NCBI GenBank assembly: GCA_026026165.1
Contig: JAPEUD010000119.1
Location: 1 to 37,900, forward strand
Length of the DNA: 37,900 bases
Source of the DNA: Sarea resinae
Lineage: Eukaryota
Reading direction: 5' to 3'
The notes below the pieces were generated by a model. That model searched no databases. It saw only the letters and a program-made list of their open reading frames with translations, and was not told where the DNA came from. Both the position numbers and the translations under genes were made by a program. Shown here piece after piece: positions 10,769-22,672 of the stretch; the stretch's first letter is position 1; each line of letters starts with the position of its first letter.

Positions 10769-12898
10769 TCACATGACCGCACAGCCCCCACTCCTCGCCC
10801 GTCTCCTCCTGCCGCTGCCGCCCAGTCCCCCGAATCCGGCCTCCCCGCCCGCCTCCTCTTCATCCGCATGCATCATTGCCGCCTCCCGAGCCCTCCTTCT
10901 CCTCCTCCTGCCGCCCGCCCCGACAGCCCCCGCCTCCTCATTCGCCATCATATACTCCGCCCACTTCCGCTCCAGGCGGCTTGCGGCGGCTAGATCGCCC
11001 CGGAGGACGCGTTTCGTGTGCTCTTCGACGGTCATTTGCCAGCCGTAGAAGCACTTGAGTTGGATGATTTCGGTGGGGTAAGAAGGCGGGGGTGGGCTCG
11101 GAGTCGGAGAGTTGTTGGGTAATGCCGGGCGCTTGATCTCGGCGTTGCGAGAGAGGACCTCGCGGATGCCCGTCCAGGTGACGTTTTGGCAGTCGTAGAC
11201 GACCATTCTCAGTCCCACGGTAGGACGTGAGACTTTGGAGTGCGAGGGACGGGAACGCTGGCGAATGGTGCTGGCAGCTTCGATGAGAACGAGATCAGAG
11301 ATGCGCGTGTTGTCCATGTCGAGATTCTGCAGCCGGACGCCCCTTTTGATGACGGGCAGCATGCCTGTGTCGCCTAGGTTCTCACAGTAGCTGATGGAGA
11401 GATGTTCGAGGCGCTTGATGCAGGGCGATCGTGCCAGGGTTTGTAGGGTGCTGTTTGTAAGCTCTTCGAGCTCCTCGAGCTCCAGATGGGTGAGGTGCGG
11501 TACGGTTGGAAGAAGATCTTTGAGAGAGTCGTCTGTCAGGGGATGGCATTTGGAGAGTTGGAGGCCTTCGAGGTGGGGAACATGGCCGGTTAGGACTTTG
11601 ATGCCTTCATCGGTGATACCACGGCATCTCGTGAGGTCCAAGTGCTTGAGTTTTCGAGGTGGTGCCAGTGCTCGGTCTGTCAAGGGGTCGACCTCTGTAT
11701 CGACACCTTCGACTAAGATCTTGAGCGTGTCGTCGTTGAGGGTGTCGCAAAAGTTCAGAATCAATCTCTCCAGGCTGTTCCTCTTGTACAGCTGGAGCAT
11801 GAGATCCACATCGTCAAATCCGCGAATTTCGCCAGCACGGAGATCCCTTAGATTCGGACAAGCTTCAACAACTTTCTTGAGACCCCGGTTGTCCACATTG
11901 TGACACCAAGAGACGTTGAGATGTTCTAGAAGAGGGCAGGACTGTGCGATGATCCTCATGGCTGAGTTCGTTATTGCTGCCAATCCAGAGACGTTGATAT
12001 GCGCAAGACGAGGATTACGGAGAAACATATAGTGAATGGCCGTTCGATCGATTCGACATCCCTCTACAGAGAAATTGACCAGGTTACGGCAGGCATCCGA
12101 CATTCCTTGAACTCCCCACTTCTCGCGCAACTGCACGCATCCGCGAAGGTTCAAATCCCGGATGAAGGGGCCGGCAGATGTGATGATTTTGACCAGTGCT
12201 TCACCAGGTATTTCGCGATAGTATTCGGCGGTGTCAAGGCTGATCCAAAGTTGACCATCGAAACACATTTTGTGCCAGGTTTTAGAGACAGTCGAAGAGC
12301 GAACAATCTCCTTTGGCTGAAGATATCTCAATATCTCCATCTTGATCTCCTCGGGCAGTCCAGCCCAAAAGTCAAAAGGCTTCTTTCTCTTCGGGATTTT
12401 CGCCGCAACCATTGCCTTATTGAAGTAATCTTCCCCATGTTCGGATATCTCCAGCGCGATCCCTGACGGCTGTCCCTTTGAGCTCGGCCGGAATTCAGGC
12501 GGTAGTGCAACACTTGTCGGCGTGCTGCCGTCGCCACACTCATTTTCCAGAACGCGGATTCGAGGTCGGAGGTGGAAGATGGGAGAGTCTCCGGGAGTCG
12601 TGGGTGCGGTCGAGTAGCCACCACTCGATTGAGAAGAATAAGAGTTGCCATATGAGTGCCCAGAAGACGAAAGTGATACGCACGATATCGATCCTCGCCC
12701 ACCACTTCGGTAGCTAGAAGATGGTCTTCCAATTTTTGCCAGTGATGGTGAAGACGACATGCGCTGTAGGCTTTGCAGAATCCTCTTTCTTCCTTTCAGC
12801 TTGGTAGGCTGCTGTATGGGAATTGCACCCGATTCCGGCCCAGTCGGAGTCGTCTCGTCAGGTGTCTCGACGATACTCTCCGAAAGGATCTGGTCCAT
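10769..12898 (-). CDS. F-box / leucine-rich-repeat protein (FBXL2/FBXL20-like SCF substrate adaptor) with C-terminal CaaX, ~709 aa, intronless
   Basis: F-box LPEEIKMEILRYLQPKEIVRSSTVSKTWHKMCFDGQLW. Multiple Cys-containing LRRs (LNLRGC, LEHLNVSWC, LKHLDLTRC, LEHLSISYC). Ends RRRRARSGGCAVM*. First in-frame ATG is 12898. Confidence 0.9.
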   Translation of the reverse strand: MDQILSESIVETPDETTPTGPESGAIPIQQPTKLKGRKRILQSLQRMSSSPSLAKIGRPSSSYRSGGRGSISCVSLSSSGHSYGNSYSSQSSGGYSTAPTTPGDSPIFHLRPRIRVLENECGDGSTPTSVALPPEFRPSSKGQPSGIALEISEHGEDYFNKAMVAAKIPKRKKPFDFWAGLPEEIKMEILRYLQPKEIVRSSTVSKTWHKMCFDGQLWISLDTAEYYREIPGEALVKIITSAGPFIRDLNLRGCVQLREKWGVQGMSDACRNLVNFSVEGCRIDRTAIHYMFLRNPRLAHINVSGLAAITNSAMRIIAQSCPLLEHLNVSWCHNVDNRGLKKVVEACPNLRDLRAGEIRGFDDVDLMLQLYKRNSLERLILNFCDTLNDDTLKILVEGVDTEVDPLTDRALAPPRKLKHLDLTRCRGITDEGIKVLTGHVPHLEGLQLSKCHPLTDDSLKDLLPTVPHLTHLELEELEELTNSTLQTLARSPCIKRLEHLSISYCENLGDTGMLPVIKRGVRLQNLDMDNTRISDLVLIEAASTIRQRSRPSHSKVSRPTVGLRMVVYDCQNVTWTGIREVLSRNAEIKRPALPNNSPTPSPPPPSYPTEIIQLKCFYGWQMTVEEHTKRVLRGDLAAASRLERKWAEYMMANEEAGAVGAGGRRRRRRAREAAMMHADEEEAGGEAGFGGLGGSGRRRRARSGGCAVM

Positions 12899-14929
12899 AC
12901 TTGTAAGTTCCACGCACCGAACGCTATAGTACTATGTCGTGGATTCGTAGTGGGAGCCCGTCTTAGGGCGGCCTCCAGACTCGCTGCTCCCGATGCGAAG
13001 AAGTCTCAAACAAAGACTATGAAGCGGCTGGAATGTCGAAAAATGCGGGTTCTCTCTAGAAGTGTGTTGCAACCGCAAGGACCGAGGTTTGGACGAAAAG
13101 TGCAAAATAAGAACAGATTGATCTGAATACTCTAGACTATAGCTGATCATGAACCGGATATCCGATAGCCCTTAAGAGAACACGGCTGAAATCCCGCAAC
13201 TTCACGACGGCGACCATGTAATATCGGAGTGGTTGTTTCAATGCACATTGATCCAGCAAGAGAATCGCACGAAGTATCTGGTGTAGTCGAGATAGCTTGT
13301 GATAGAATGGCTTGTGAATAGATACTCTGACTCGGCCACTTGTGGTTGCTCGATGTCGTTATCGATACGGCCAATTAGCTATCGATAAGTAGTGGGGGAT
13401 CAGCAGGACAGCGTGAGCGACGGAAGCGACCGCGTGAGCCCAAGTGCTTGCCGATCAAGGTCGCAGGGTGGAGAATGAATGAGCACACGATCAACGTTGT
13501 AGGATAAGAAAGAAGAGGCGGAGGGGAGGAAGGGAATGAATGATTCGATCAAGAATTGAGGGTGTGAAAGCAGACGTGATGTTGCGACGGAGGAGGGAGA
13601 GAGGGAGGGAAGGAGGGATTGGGTGAGTGGAGGTATATTGACTCGACGTTTTGAGTCGTGCGCTGGAGCTCCACCGAGCTGAGCTGAGCTGAGCTGGACC
13701 GAACTGGACGGCGCTGAAGTGAACTGCCCGATTTGAGCCGCCCCGCAACTGCCCGTCACGGAATTCAAGGATCACAACCCACGGTCTCAATGATCTCAAC
13801 GGATGGCCCTCGGAGAGCGAGTGATAGCCTGAGTGTACAATGTGTACGAGAGAGAAGCCTCACTGACGGGAGGCTGCGATGGAGGTTTTGGGGGTTTTTG
13901 AATCCTTTGGGCTTCCAACTTCTTTCATGGACGGCTCCTCCATCCGTAGCTCTGGCCAATATGGATCTGTGACTTGGACGATTAAACTTGTTCCGGCCAG
14001 TCCGTGCCGCAATAGAGTACCAGCTCGACGACGTAGTAGACCGACCGACGGTAGGCAGTACCGCGGCTGCGCTATCATTTGGCGGACGTGGAGGGTACCA
14101 GTACCAAGCTAAGGCCCAGCGAAGCAAGAACCCAAACAAGACATGCGGATGACAGCATCCCTTCCATGCGCTGCTGCCTCTACACTATTTGGATTACTGC
14201 CACCAGCTGGAGGGCTAGGAGTGGGAGAGTTCAAGAAAGTATGCAAAAGGGGTTAGCATCGCCTATCGAGGCTCTCTGAGAGCATACTCCGGAGTAGAGG
14301 CAGAAGGACGGCGAGGAAGGCTTCTAGAAGGGGCGGCCGGCGGCACAAAGAAGCCTCCTTTGATACCTGGAGCAAGGCTGTCCACTTTGTAAAGTCCCCG
14401 CTGAGCCAAGAAATGCTTCACAGCGCCGTATCTAATTGCTGCAGAAAAGGACCACACCGTTGTCGGACGAAGCCCCTTACTGGTGGCCTCCCTCTCACCC
14501 CGAGCGATTCCCTTGCTCGCCGGTTGGCGACCTGTAGTACGCGAGTCAGTCAGAAGCTGACCGCCTACGGACAATCTGCCCACCTGGCACTTGATATCGC
14601 CATAAGTGGCCCAACGGAACCATACTGCCAGAGGCCTTTTATCCGGCGCGAAATATACTCCCCGAGTCTATTGATGCTTATCGAAAAGATCGATTCGTGC
14701 TTAGAATTAGAAGTTTCCCACATACACTCTGATAAGAAATACGAATAGATCATGAGGGCCCAAAGCGCTCAGAGGGGAATCTAAAACACGATATGGTCAC
14801 TGATTGACCGAAGCCCCATGAAAACATCTAGACCGTGAATACCTATTGAAAACTCCCGTCCATACCCATACCTTTCTATCTTGCACCAGAAATCTTTGTC
14901 ATATTGATCCCAGATCCAGGGCCACGACA

Positions 14930-15837
14930 TCAAGCGGAAAATGCCTCACATCTTTCTCCCAGCTCAGAAAAGAAATATGATTGCTGAATATGTCGTGACT
15001 TTCCTGTCTTCTCGTCGTACATATGGCAACCAACCTTGGCCGCATTTGGAGGCGTGTAGACTGTAAGGCTTAGATCATGGAGACCGAAATTCAAGACCGT
15101 CTCAACTTACGATGTAATGAGACAGCAACCTTCTCGGGATGTGGGTTGGTAATCTTATGAAGACCAAGCTGGAAAAGTGTGTTGAGTACGGAGCATTATA
15201 AAGGGAGTAAAACAAGGGAACAAGGGCACCCGACGTACATTATCTGACATGTATGTTACTTGATTGTCGGTGAAAAGCGTATCCCTCTTGACGCAAAGAG
15301 GTGATGCTTGACCGTCGTTGACCAAATTTCGATCGGGCCAAGAGTACAAGGTCTCCCGAAGAGACCCTTTGAGCACCTGAATCGCAATTCAATACTTTTC
15401 GTTGAAAGGAGCAGATGGAGGCAGAGCTACCTTCATTACACAGTGCGCATCCGCATGGTCATGGATAGGACTCGACTTCCCCGGCGTCCATACTAGAACT
15501 AGCTACACTTGATCAGCATCTGATTAAGCTTCCAGCATGCTGGCGTTTGATGGCAGCTCACCAGATTGCTTCGGCCGTTTCCTCTGTCGACCAAATTTCG
15601 AGTATATGCTCTGCTGTAATCCGAAAATGCGTACTTCTCCCATTCGCCATATTTGGATACGTAGTCTTCCATGAGCTTGACCAGTACAGACGGGTCAACA
15701 TCATCAGAATCAATCCCTGATGATGGCCCAAGAACTCTGCTGAGATCTGCTACCAGCGTATCAAATGTTGTAACGGGGCTGGCCTTCCCGACAGAAGATG
15801 AGGGCCCGACAAGCCCGTCTTTCGTAAGAGCTGGCAT
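14930..15837 (-). CDS. CDO1: Cysteine dioxygenase, 224 aa, 5 exons
   Basis: Exons 15837-15562, 15502-15431, 15376-15239, 15168-15111, 15060-14930. Motifs [42 protein letters not shown] and AVSLHLYTPP give the 3-His iron site, the cross-link Cys/Tyr and the Ser-His-Tyr triad. Confidence 0.95.
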
Positions 15838-15957
15838 GGTGGAAAAAAGCAAGCTGATCACAAGACTTGAGCTTAAGATTCAAATGGAAGAACACAAATA
15901 TATGTGTTCCCTAGATGCGATCACCGCAAAAGCGAAGAGCGGGTCAAAGATAGGCTC

Positions 15958-15964
15958 TTTTATA
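15958..15964 (-). promoter_or_regulatory. Probable TATA box of CDO1
   Basis: TATAAAA on the minus strand ~120 bp upstream of the CDO1 ATG. Confidence 0.5.
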
Positions 15965-16351
15965 AAGCCTCAATTGCGAGCAAATAAAGACAATGAAACC
16001 GGACTTGTCGATTGGATGTATGTGCCAGATGTCGTGGCACTTCTTCGTTGGACACAGTCAAATGCGCATGTTGCACTATTCAAGAGTATGCGTCCTTGAA
16101 GTGCAGGCCAAGTGGAACTCGAAGTTCCCTCCAGGCTTCGTCATGGGGAGAACGGGTTCCGAAAGGTTTCTCCGGTTCCGAATGGCCACCCCACCACAAT
16201 GAACTTCTTGAAAGTCACAGATCAGATCCATATCGTCTTTAACGATTGCGCCCACATTTGCATATCCGCCCTCTCCAATCCATCTGCTCCTTGCGCCACG
16301 CCCTTGTACCAGATATCTCCAGGAGACAGCCTCTGAAAGACGCTGCTCATC

Positions 16352-17989
16352 ATGTCGACCACATTAGACAAGGTTAGAGCAAAAGCAATCGAACCATGCT
16401 CTCTTTCTAGCCCATGCTAATTCAATACTGCCACATAGATCAAGGAGATCGAGTCCGAGGTTCGTCAGCCCAGAGGGCTTATGCATCTAGATCTCGAAAC
16501 TAAATAGACCTGTAGATGGCTCGGACTCAAAAAAATAAAGCGACATCATATCACTTGGGTACGAGCGCCGCTGGTGGTTGACAAACGAAAGCTTCTAACC
16601 ATTAGTAGGGCAACTGAAGGCCAAACTTGCGAAACTCAAGAGAGAGCTCCTCACACCGTCTTCAAGTGGTGGCGGTGGTGGAGGTAAGGGACAATATGGA
16701 CAATTATTTGATACAGACTGACAGGGAGCGGCAGCTGGCTTCGACGTGGCTAGAACTGGTGTAGCCAGTGTGTGAGTGTTGACATTACATCGAATTCGGG
16801 ACATCACTGATCTTCTGACAGAGGGTTTATCGGCTTTCCGTCAGTGGGGAAAAGTACTTTGATGAGCAGGTTAACAGGACAGCATTCTGAAGGTAGGCCA
16901 AAGCTAAGTGAGACTCTGAACATTGATCGAGCTGACCCTTGAATAGCTGCTGCATATGAGTTTACGACGGTCAGTTATCAGGCACCGACCGATAATTCCA
17001 CGTGCGATTGCTGACTCCACAATTAGTTAACGACTGTTCCCGGACAAGTTCTATACAATGGTGCTAAAATTCAGATGCTTGACCTTCCCGGTATCATTCA
17101 GGGTGCAAAGGATGGCAAAGGACGAGGTCGACAGGTCATTGCTGTAGCGAAAACCTGCCATCTGATCTTCATTGTTCTAGACGTCAACAAACCGCTCACT
17201 GATAAGCGCGTGATTGAGTCGGAGCTGGAAGGGTTCGGCATCCGCATCAACAAATCACCTCCCAACATCGTCTTCAAGAAGAAGGACAAGGGCGGAGTCA
17301 GCATCACCAGCACGGTCCCTTTAACACACATTGATCATGATGTTCGTTACCCTAGATTCAGGAAGGAGTGCAACTGACTGACAGTCGCAGGAAATCCGAG
17401 CTGTCATGTCCGAGTATCGGATCTCGTCCGCCGACATTGCAATCAGATGCGACGCAACCATTGACGATCTAATTGATATCCTGGAAGCAAAGAGTCGAGC
17501 ATATATCCCCGTCATTTACGCTCTCAACAAGATCGATGCGATCTCTATCGAAGAATTAGACCTGCTCTATCGGATTCCAAATGCTTGCCCTATTAGCTCT
17601 GAGCATGGCTGGAACGTCGACGAATTAATGGAACAGATGTGGGAGAAACTGAACCTGCGGAGAGTCTATACAAAGCCCAAAGGCAAGACGCCCGATTATA
17701 CTCAGCCTGTGGTTCTCCGCTCGACGGCCGGCACGGTTGAAGACTTTGTAAGTTTACTGCTCTCGATTTCAAGGCGGATACTGATTCTTCGTAGTGTAAC
17801 GCGATCCACAAGACAATCGTAGAGCAGTTCAAACATGCAATCGTGTATGGGCGGTCGGTCAAACATCAACCGCAGCGGGTTGGCCTAACCCATGAGTTGG
17901 CAGATGAAGATATTAGTATGTTTTGGAAGTTGAAACTTAATCTATCTGCTCCGCTAATAGGATCAACAGTCACGATCATCAAACGATAA
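16352..17989 (+). CDS. RBG1: DRG1/Rbg1 ribosome-associated GTPase (OBG family, TGS domain), 367 aa, 11 exons
   Basis: Exons 16352-16372, 16439-16459, 16516-16558, 16609-16683, 16735-16771, 16822-16892, 16947-16969, 17027-17341, 17391-17747, 17795-17915, 17970-17989 sum to 1104 nt. Motifs [32 protein letters not shown] (G1), YEFTT (G2), DLPG (G3), NKID (G4), and [13 protein letters not shown]. Confidence 0.96.
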
Positions 17990-19781
17990 ATTCCCGTTAC
18001 ATACATGTAGCAGTCCGATCTTCAAAGCGATCTGCAATTCCACACTCTATTTCCTACTCTATCACGACATGATTGCTGTATGAGCGTTTGCGTTGCTTAG
18101 TCATTATGTCCATATTTCACGGCGCTTCCGCTCGTCATGCAGCAGGTCACATTTCTGGCCGCCAAGTTCTCTTATCTATCACGACATTACCCAACCAAAA
18201 CACTATCAACTGACCAATGAAATTTTTGCTTTCTTATTTTCCCGATTTTCCTTTCCGTTTAATCCCACGTACTGCGTATGAGTATTAACCTGGGCCCAAG
18301 GAAGGGCTTGAGCATGGCTTCTCATTCGACGTCACTCCGTCGAAACAAACGAGGCCTTAAGGAGGACGCTACCCATCGCTAAGGTACTCGACTCATCTGA
18401 TAGACCCTGAACCCTTCCATTGGCGCACACACCGTTCGAATCGATCTCCAGAGTTAGGGACCCGTGGAGAATTTCCCAATTATCACTGACTTAGAGTAGT
18501 CACTGTGAGCAACGCTAAACACCCCCTCCCCCGATTGACCATTCCTTTCTCGAGTCCTACTCGATGCATCAGAGACTCGATCAGGACCCAAATAGCTACT
18601 GCAGTCCTCGACTGCGACTATTCGTATCGATCCGTGTCGACGAGTTTCACCAAAATCTTATCACACGGGCGGTCGCTCGACCTCTTAGAAGGTCAGGCTA
18701 CCAACAGGGAGCTCGACCTCGAGACCTTGATGCTTGAGAGAATATATGGACTACGCAGCGCGCCCACCCCATTGGGTCATGCGAACATCGGAGGGTCAAA
18801 GCTTTCTTGATCAAAACAGTAATATGGAGAGGGAAGGGGAAACCTAGGCTTCCGCTACGGGTGGGCAATGGCCTGCCTGCCATCATCCATAGTTAATTGT
18901 GGCTCGATTAATTATTAAAATCCTTGGAAGAATTCGGTTACTAAACTAGGTTGCGAGTCGTGCTGAGTGATGCACTAAATCGCCTCGGCTTCCCATTTGC
19001 TCTTGGCCCAAGGCCCCAACAAGGGTCGGCCAGCCTCTTTGGATGCTTTCGCCGAACGGTTTATCATCGCAGGTGCTCGTTCTAGGTTTACCCACAACGC
19101 CGACACTAAATCCAGCCACCACCAACGAGAAGAGCGCAAGATTGCGATCAACGCCGAAAGCTCCCCCAAAGCTCCCACCCAAGCTCCCGACGTTCCGTGA
19201 AGCATATTGGAGCTTCCCATGATCCCGTCTGACGACTCCTTCTCCCACCCTCGCACCTCCTCCTCCTCCGACCCCCGGTTAGATCATTCTCTTAGCGGCT
19301 GCGGTAGGGGCCTTCGGGCCTTACCAGCTTACCAGAATCTCTTAGAGCTTTTCCCGCCTGTCGCGTCGGCCCAGACGCACGCTATGTACCCGTACCTTAC
19401 CTGTCCGACCACCACGCCCATGCTAGGTAAGGCATGCGTGGGTAGGTAGGGAAGTGAACGAGCGAGCGAGCATCTAAACGTCCAATGCACCGGCAGTCAA
19501 AAGCACAAGCTTCTCCGCACATCTGCATCTTGTCGTCGTCCGCCTTGTCCCCCTGCCGCCCCATGCTGCCCGTTTACACAACTGTTGTCAGTCTTCTGCA
19601 TAATCTGTCGTAGCACTACGCTTTCGGTTCGCATTCGCTTTTTTTCAGGCACCTTTATCATGCATGTACTCTGCCGTTTCTGAGCTCGTTTTTAACTCTT
19701 GTTAGGCCAGGTACACGTTGTTCGGCTTTAGCAGGCCGCGAGTCTTCGGCTGCGCACACTTGGGCTCCTCCGCGTCTGTAG

Positions 19782-19889
19782 ATGGACTCGACCGTCAGGA
19801 ACTACCGTCACCATCGACTAGGCCTTGATGCACGATTCGATGATGACGCCGATGGGTATGGAACAAGAGCAACAGCATGGGCAGGATAA
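19782..19889 (+). other. Out-of-frame uORF (35 aa) overlapping the start of the CENP-B-like gene
   Basis: ATG 19782 to TAA 19887-19889 (MDSTVRNYRHHRLGLDARFDDDADGYGTRATAWAG). It spans the main ATG at 19828 in a different frame. Confidence 0.45.
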
Positions 19890-21751
19890 TGATTTTGGAA
19901 ATGGGCAATGGGTGGAGATCAGCGCATATAACCCACAGCATCAGTCGCCAGTAAACGAGTATAATGGATTTGGATTTATGGCTCCTCATAGCATGCCGAT
20001 GGAGCCCACATACAGCCTCAATCGTATGAGTCAACCTTCGACACACCAGCAGCCACATCCTCTGATCATGCCGCAATGGCCGAGTATGTTGACGAGCCAG
20101 TCTTCTTTTCCCGCGCCCTTAGCACCGATCATGCCGAACTCTTCACAGGTTCCTTCTCCCGCATCCGCAACTGGAACTGGAACGCCTCAGACTCCAGCTC
20201 CTGTGCCTCTACCGACAAGCGCCTCGATTGCTGCTACACAATCCGGGCCTACACCTAGAAGAACTTTGACGGACGCAGACCGAAGGCGGATGTGTCTTTA
20301 CCATGAAGAAAACCCGACAGTCAAGCAAACAGAGATCGGCGGTAAGATCGAGAATAACGCTTTATAGGATACATGAACCCATGCTAATATTCAATCCAGC
20401 TATGTTCGGAGTGGAGAGAAGGTAAGGCTGTCTATTCATCTACAGAGCACTGGGGTTTTGTGGCATTAGAGCTAAATTCTGTTTCAGCACCGTCTCGAAG
20501 GTCTTGCGCCAGAAGGATAAGTACCTCTGCCCAGACGATGGAAGCAGATCGCCGATCAAAAGATCCAAGGGTAAATTCCCAGACATCGAACGCGCTTTGT
20601 CAAATTGGGCTCGAAATCACCAGAGGCAGGGCCTTCTTTTGACTGATAGTATTATTCAAGAGAAAGCCCGCTTCTTTGCAACCACTGTGGGGAATTCCGA
20701 GAGTCACGTCAAGGCCAACAGTTCCAGCTGGCTGGAAAAGTTCAAGCAGAAGAACAATTTGACTGGGGTGAAATCTAGAAAGAACTCCGCAGGAAACACC
20801 CCCGACAGTACTCTCAATCCTGACTCAGGAGCCAACACTCCGAATGGAGTATCCCCCGTCTCTCCAACGATAATGCCTTCTCCGTCCCCCATATCTGTCA
20901 CGAAGAGCCAGGACGACTTCCGGACGGAAAGTCCAGACAATTACATCGACTTCGGGCACGCGTACCGCCACTCAAACTCGCAGAGTACGACCTCCCTGTC
21001 CAGCGTCTTCACAGATCCCGCGCACTCTCCCTTCTCCACCGACCCCATAAGTCCCAATTCTCCGCCACCTTTCTTCTCCCCAGATTCTGCCTGTGGACCT
21101 AGTCCCATGATTCCCTCAGCGCACGCCCGCATCCCGCCAGCAAGCAGCAACTACAGTCGGCCGCGCAGCCAAACGTTCCCCATGCTAGGTATAGAACCTA
21201 GCTACATATCCCCCACACCATCTTCTGAGCCTCTCACCCCCAAATACATGCACAACCCGACCGCCGGCGCTGCGCCGCCCGCCCTCGAATCCCCCATCTC
21301 AGAAATGCCGCCCCCGCTCAACATTAACGAGGCCCTACGCTCGTCACCACTCCTACCAACACAGAATCAAAACAACACCAGCGCCAGCACCACCAACCAC
21401 AGCAGTCCGTCGTCAATGCAACCTCCACCAACTCTATCATGCTTATCCACACAGCAACACTCTTCCCCAACTAGTAGCACAGGCCTAGGCTCCAGCCCGA
21501 CATCTCCAACACAAGACGAAGCCCGCCACGCCCTCGAAGTCTTGATGAAGTTCTTTCAGCAGCAGCCGTCCGGCCTCGTCGATCCGACCGAGTATGTCAT
21601 TATGGGCAAGATGATGGAGAAGCTGAAATTGCAAGGGAACAGTCTACCGGGAGGTCTTCACCAGATCCCCGAACAAGAAGTTGTCATGGGTGGCAGCGGT
21701 GGTGGCGGCGGGGCGGGGAAGATGGAACATTCGATGAGTGCGGGGCTTTAA
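19828..21751 (+). CDS. CENP-B/pogo-type double helix-turn-helix DNA-binding protein (putative transcription factor), ~599 aa
   Basis: Exons 19828-20341, 20400-20421, 20488-21751. First HTH PRRTLTDADRRRMCLYHEENPTVKQTEIGAMFGVERSTVSKVLRQK; second HTH KGKFPDIERALSNWARNHQRQGLLLTDSIIQEKARFFA...SSWLEKFKQKN. Ser/Pro-rich middle and a C-terminal helical motif PTQDEARHALEVLMKFFQQQ. Confidence 0.88.
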
Positions 21752-22642
21752 TGGTTTCTTTTCTTTGCGACTGGGAGGACTCACATACAGGCTCTTTCTG
21801 TTTTCTGGAACGGAGTGGAATTTCCTTGGCATCGATCAGCAGGCATCGTCATCGTCGTCATCATCTTCAGCAAAAAAACAACAGCATCCTCGTCGTCGTC
21901 GTTTTCGGGTTACCATCAGTACCATATACGTTTGGTCAGTTGCGCATCGTTTCCGATTTATGTCACGGCAACAACAGCATCCAGCATCCAGCGATAACCT
22001 CAATGGCGCCGTATATCCATCCACGCATACGCATATCCAACCGCAAGCCACGCCGCCATACCACATACTCAGCTATTATGCCCGGTCCAGAACCAGGACC
22101 AAACGAACCAGCGCAATAATTCGTCGTCTCCAACCTCTCATCCCCCATCTGCCCATCTATTTCCCATTTCGCTTTTCACACCGCCACAACTTTCTATAGG
22201 GACAGAACGAGAAGGCCATAATCATCCCCTTCTTCTTCATCTTCATCATCGACCACACTACAGGGAAAGAGACAGGAAAAAAAGAGAAAGACTTTTCTCA
22301 TTATTACAATACTTTTAAGACAGGCTTCCCGCTCACGCGGAAAATATTCCTTTTTTTCCTTTCCCCCTCCATAGGTTTTCCTTTCCTCTTATTCTTCTTC
22401 TTTCTCTTCTTGTTGTTTTCTTGGTTTGGTCTTGGTTTTGGTCTTGTTCTTGCTTTCTTTCGTTTTCCGTTTCTACTTCTTCTGCTTCTTTTCTTTTACT
22501 CTTTTCTTTCTTTAGCTTCTATCTCCTCCTCCCCTTCCCCCCTCCGCTGCACACGCTGACACGCCTCTGTGTGATCAGTCTTGTTCTCGCAGGGACGGGA
22601 TGGGATTCACGGGATGGGACACTCCTTTTAGCACCTATGTCG

Positions 22643-22672
22643 CGTTGCGTTGCGTTGCGTTGCGTTGCGTTG
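22643..22672. repeat. (GTTGC)n pentanucleotide microsatellite within a low-complexity convergent intergenic region
   Basis: gcgttgcgttgcgttgcgttgcgttgcgttg, flanked by polypyrimidine and polypurine tracts across ~22200-23000. Confidence 0.9.

Noticed and set aside
12900..14900. Multiple 60-124 aa ORFs upstream of the F-box gene
   Set aside because: No domain motifs or codon bias. More consistent with a long promoter/5' leader.
15503..15514. Minus-strand GATCAAGTGTAG, identical to part of U2 snRNA
   Set aside because: Only 12 nt, it coincides with the branch/acceptor end of CDO1 intron 1, and no flanking U2 sequence or Sm site is present.
18430..18450. GTTCGAATC resembling a tRNA T-loop/B box
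   Set aside because: No T-stem, acceptor stem or upstream D/anticodon arms can be formed.
19828..21751. Active pogo/Tc1-mariner transposon
   Set aside because: No DDE catalytic domain, contains introns, and no terminal inverted repeats seen.
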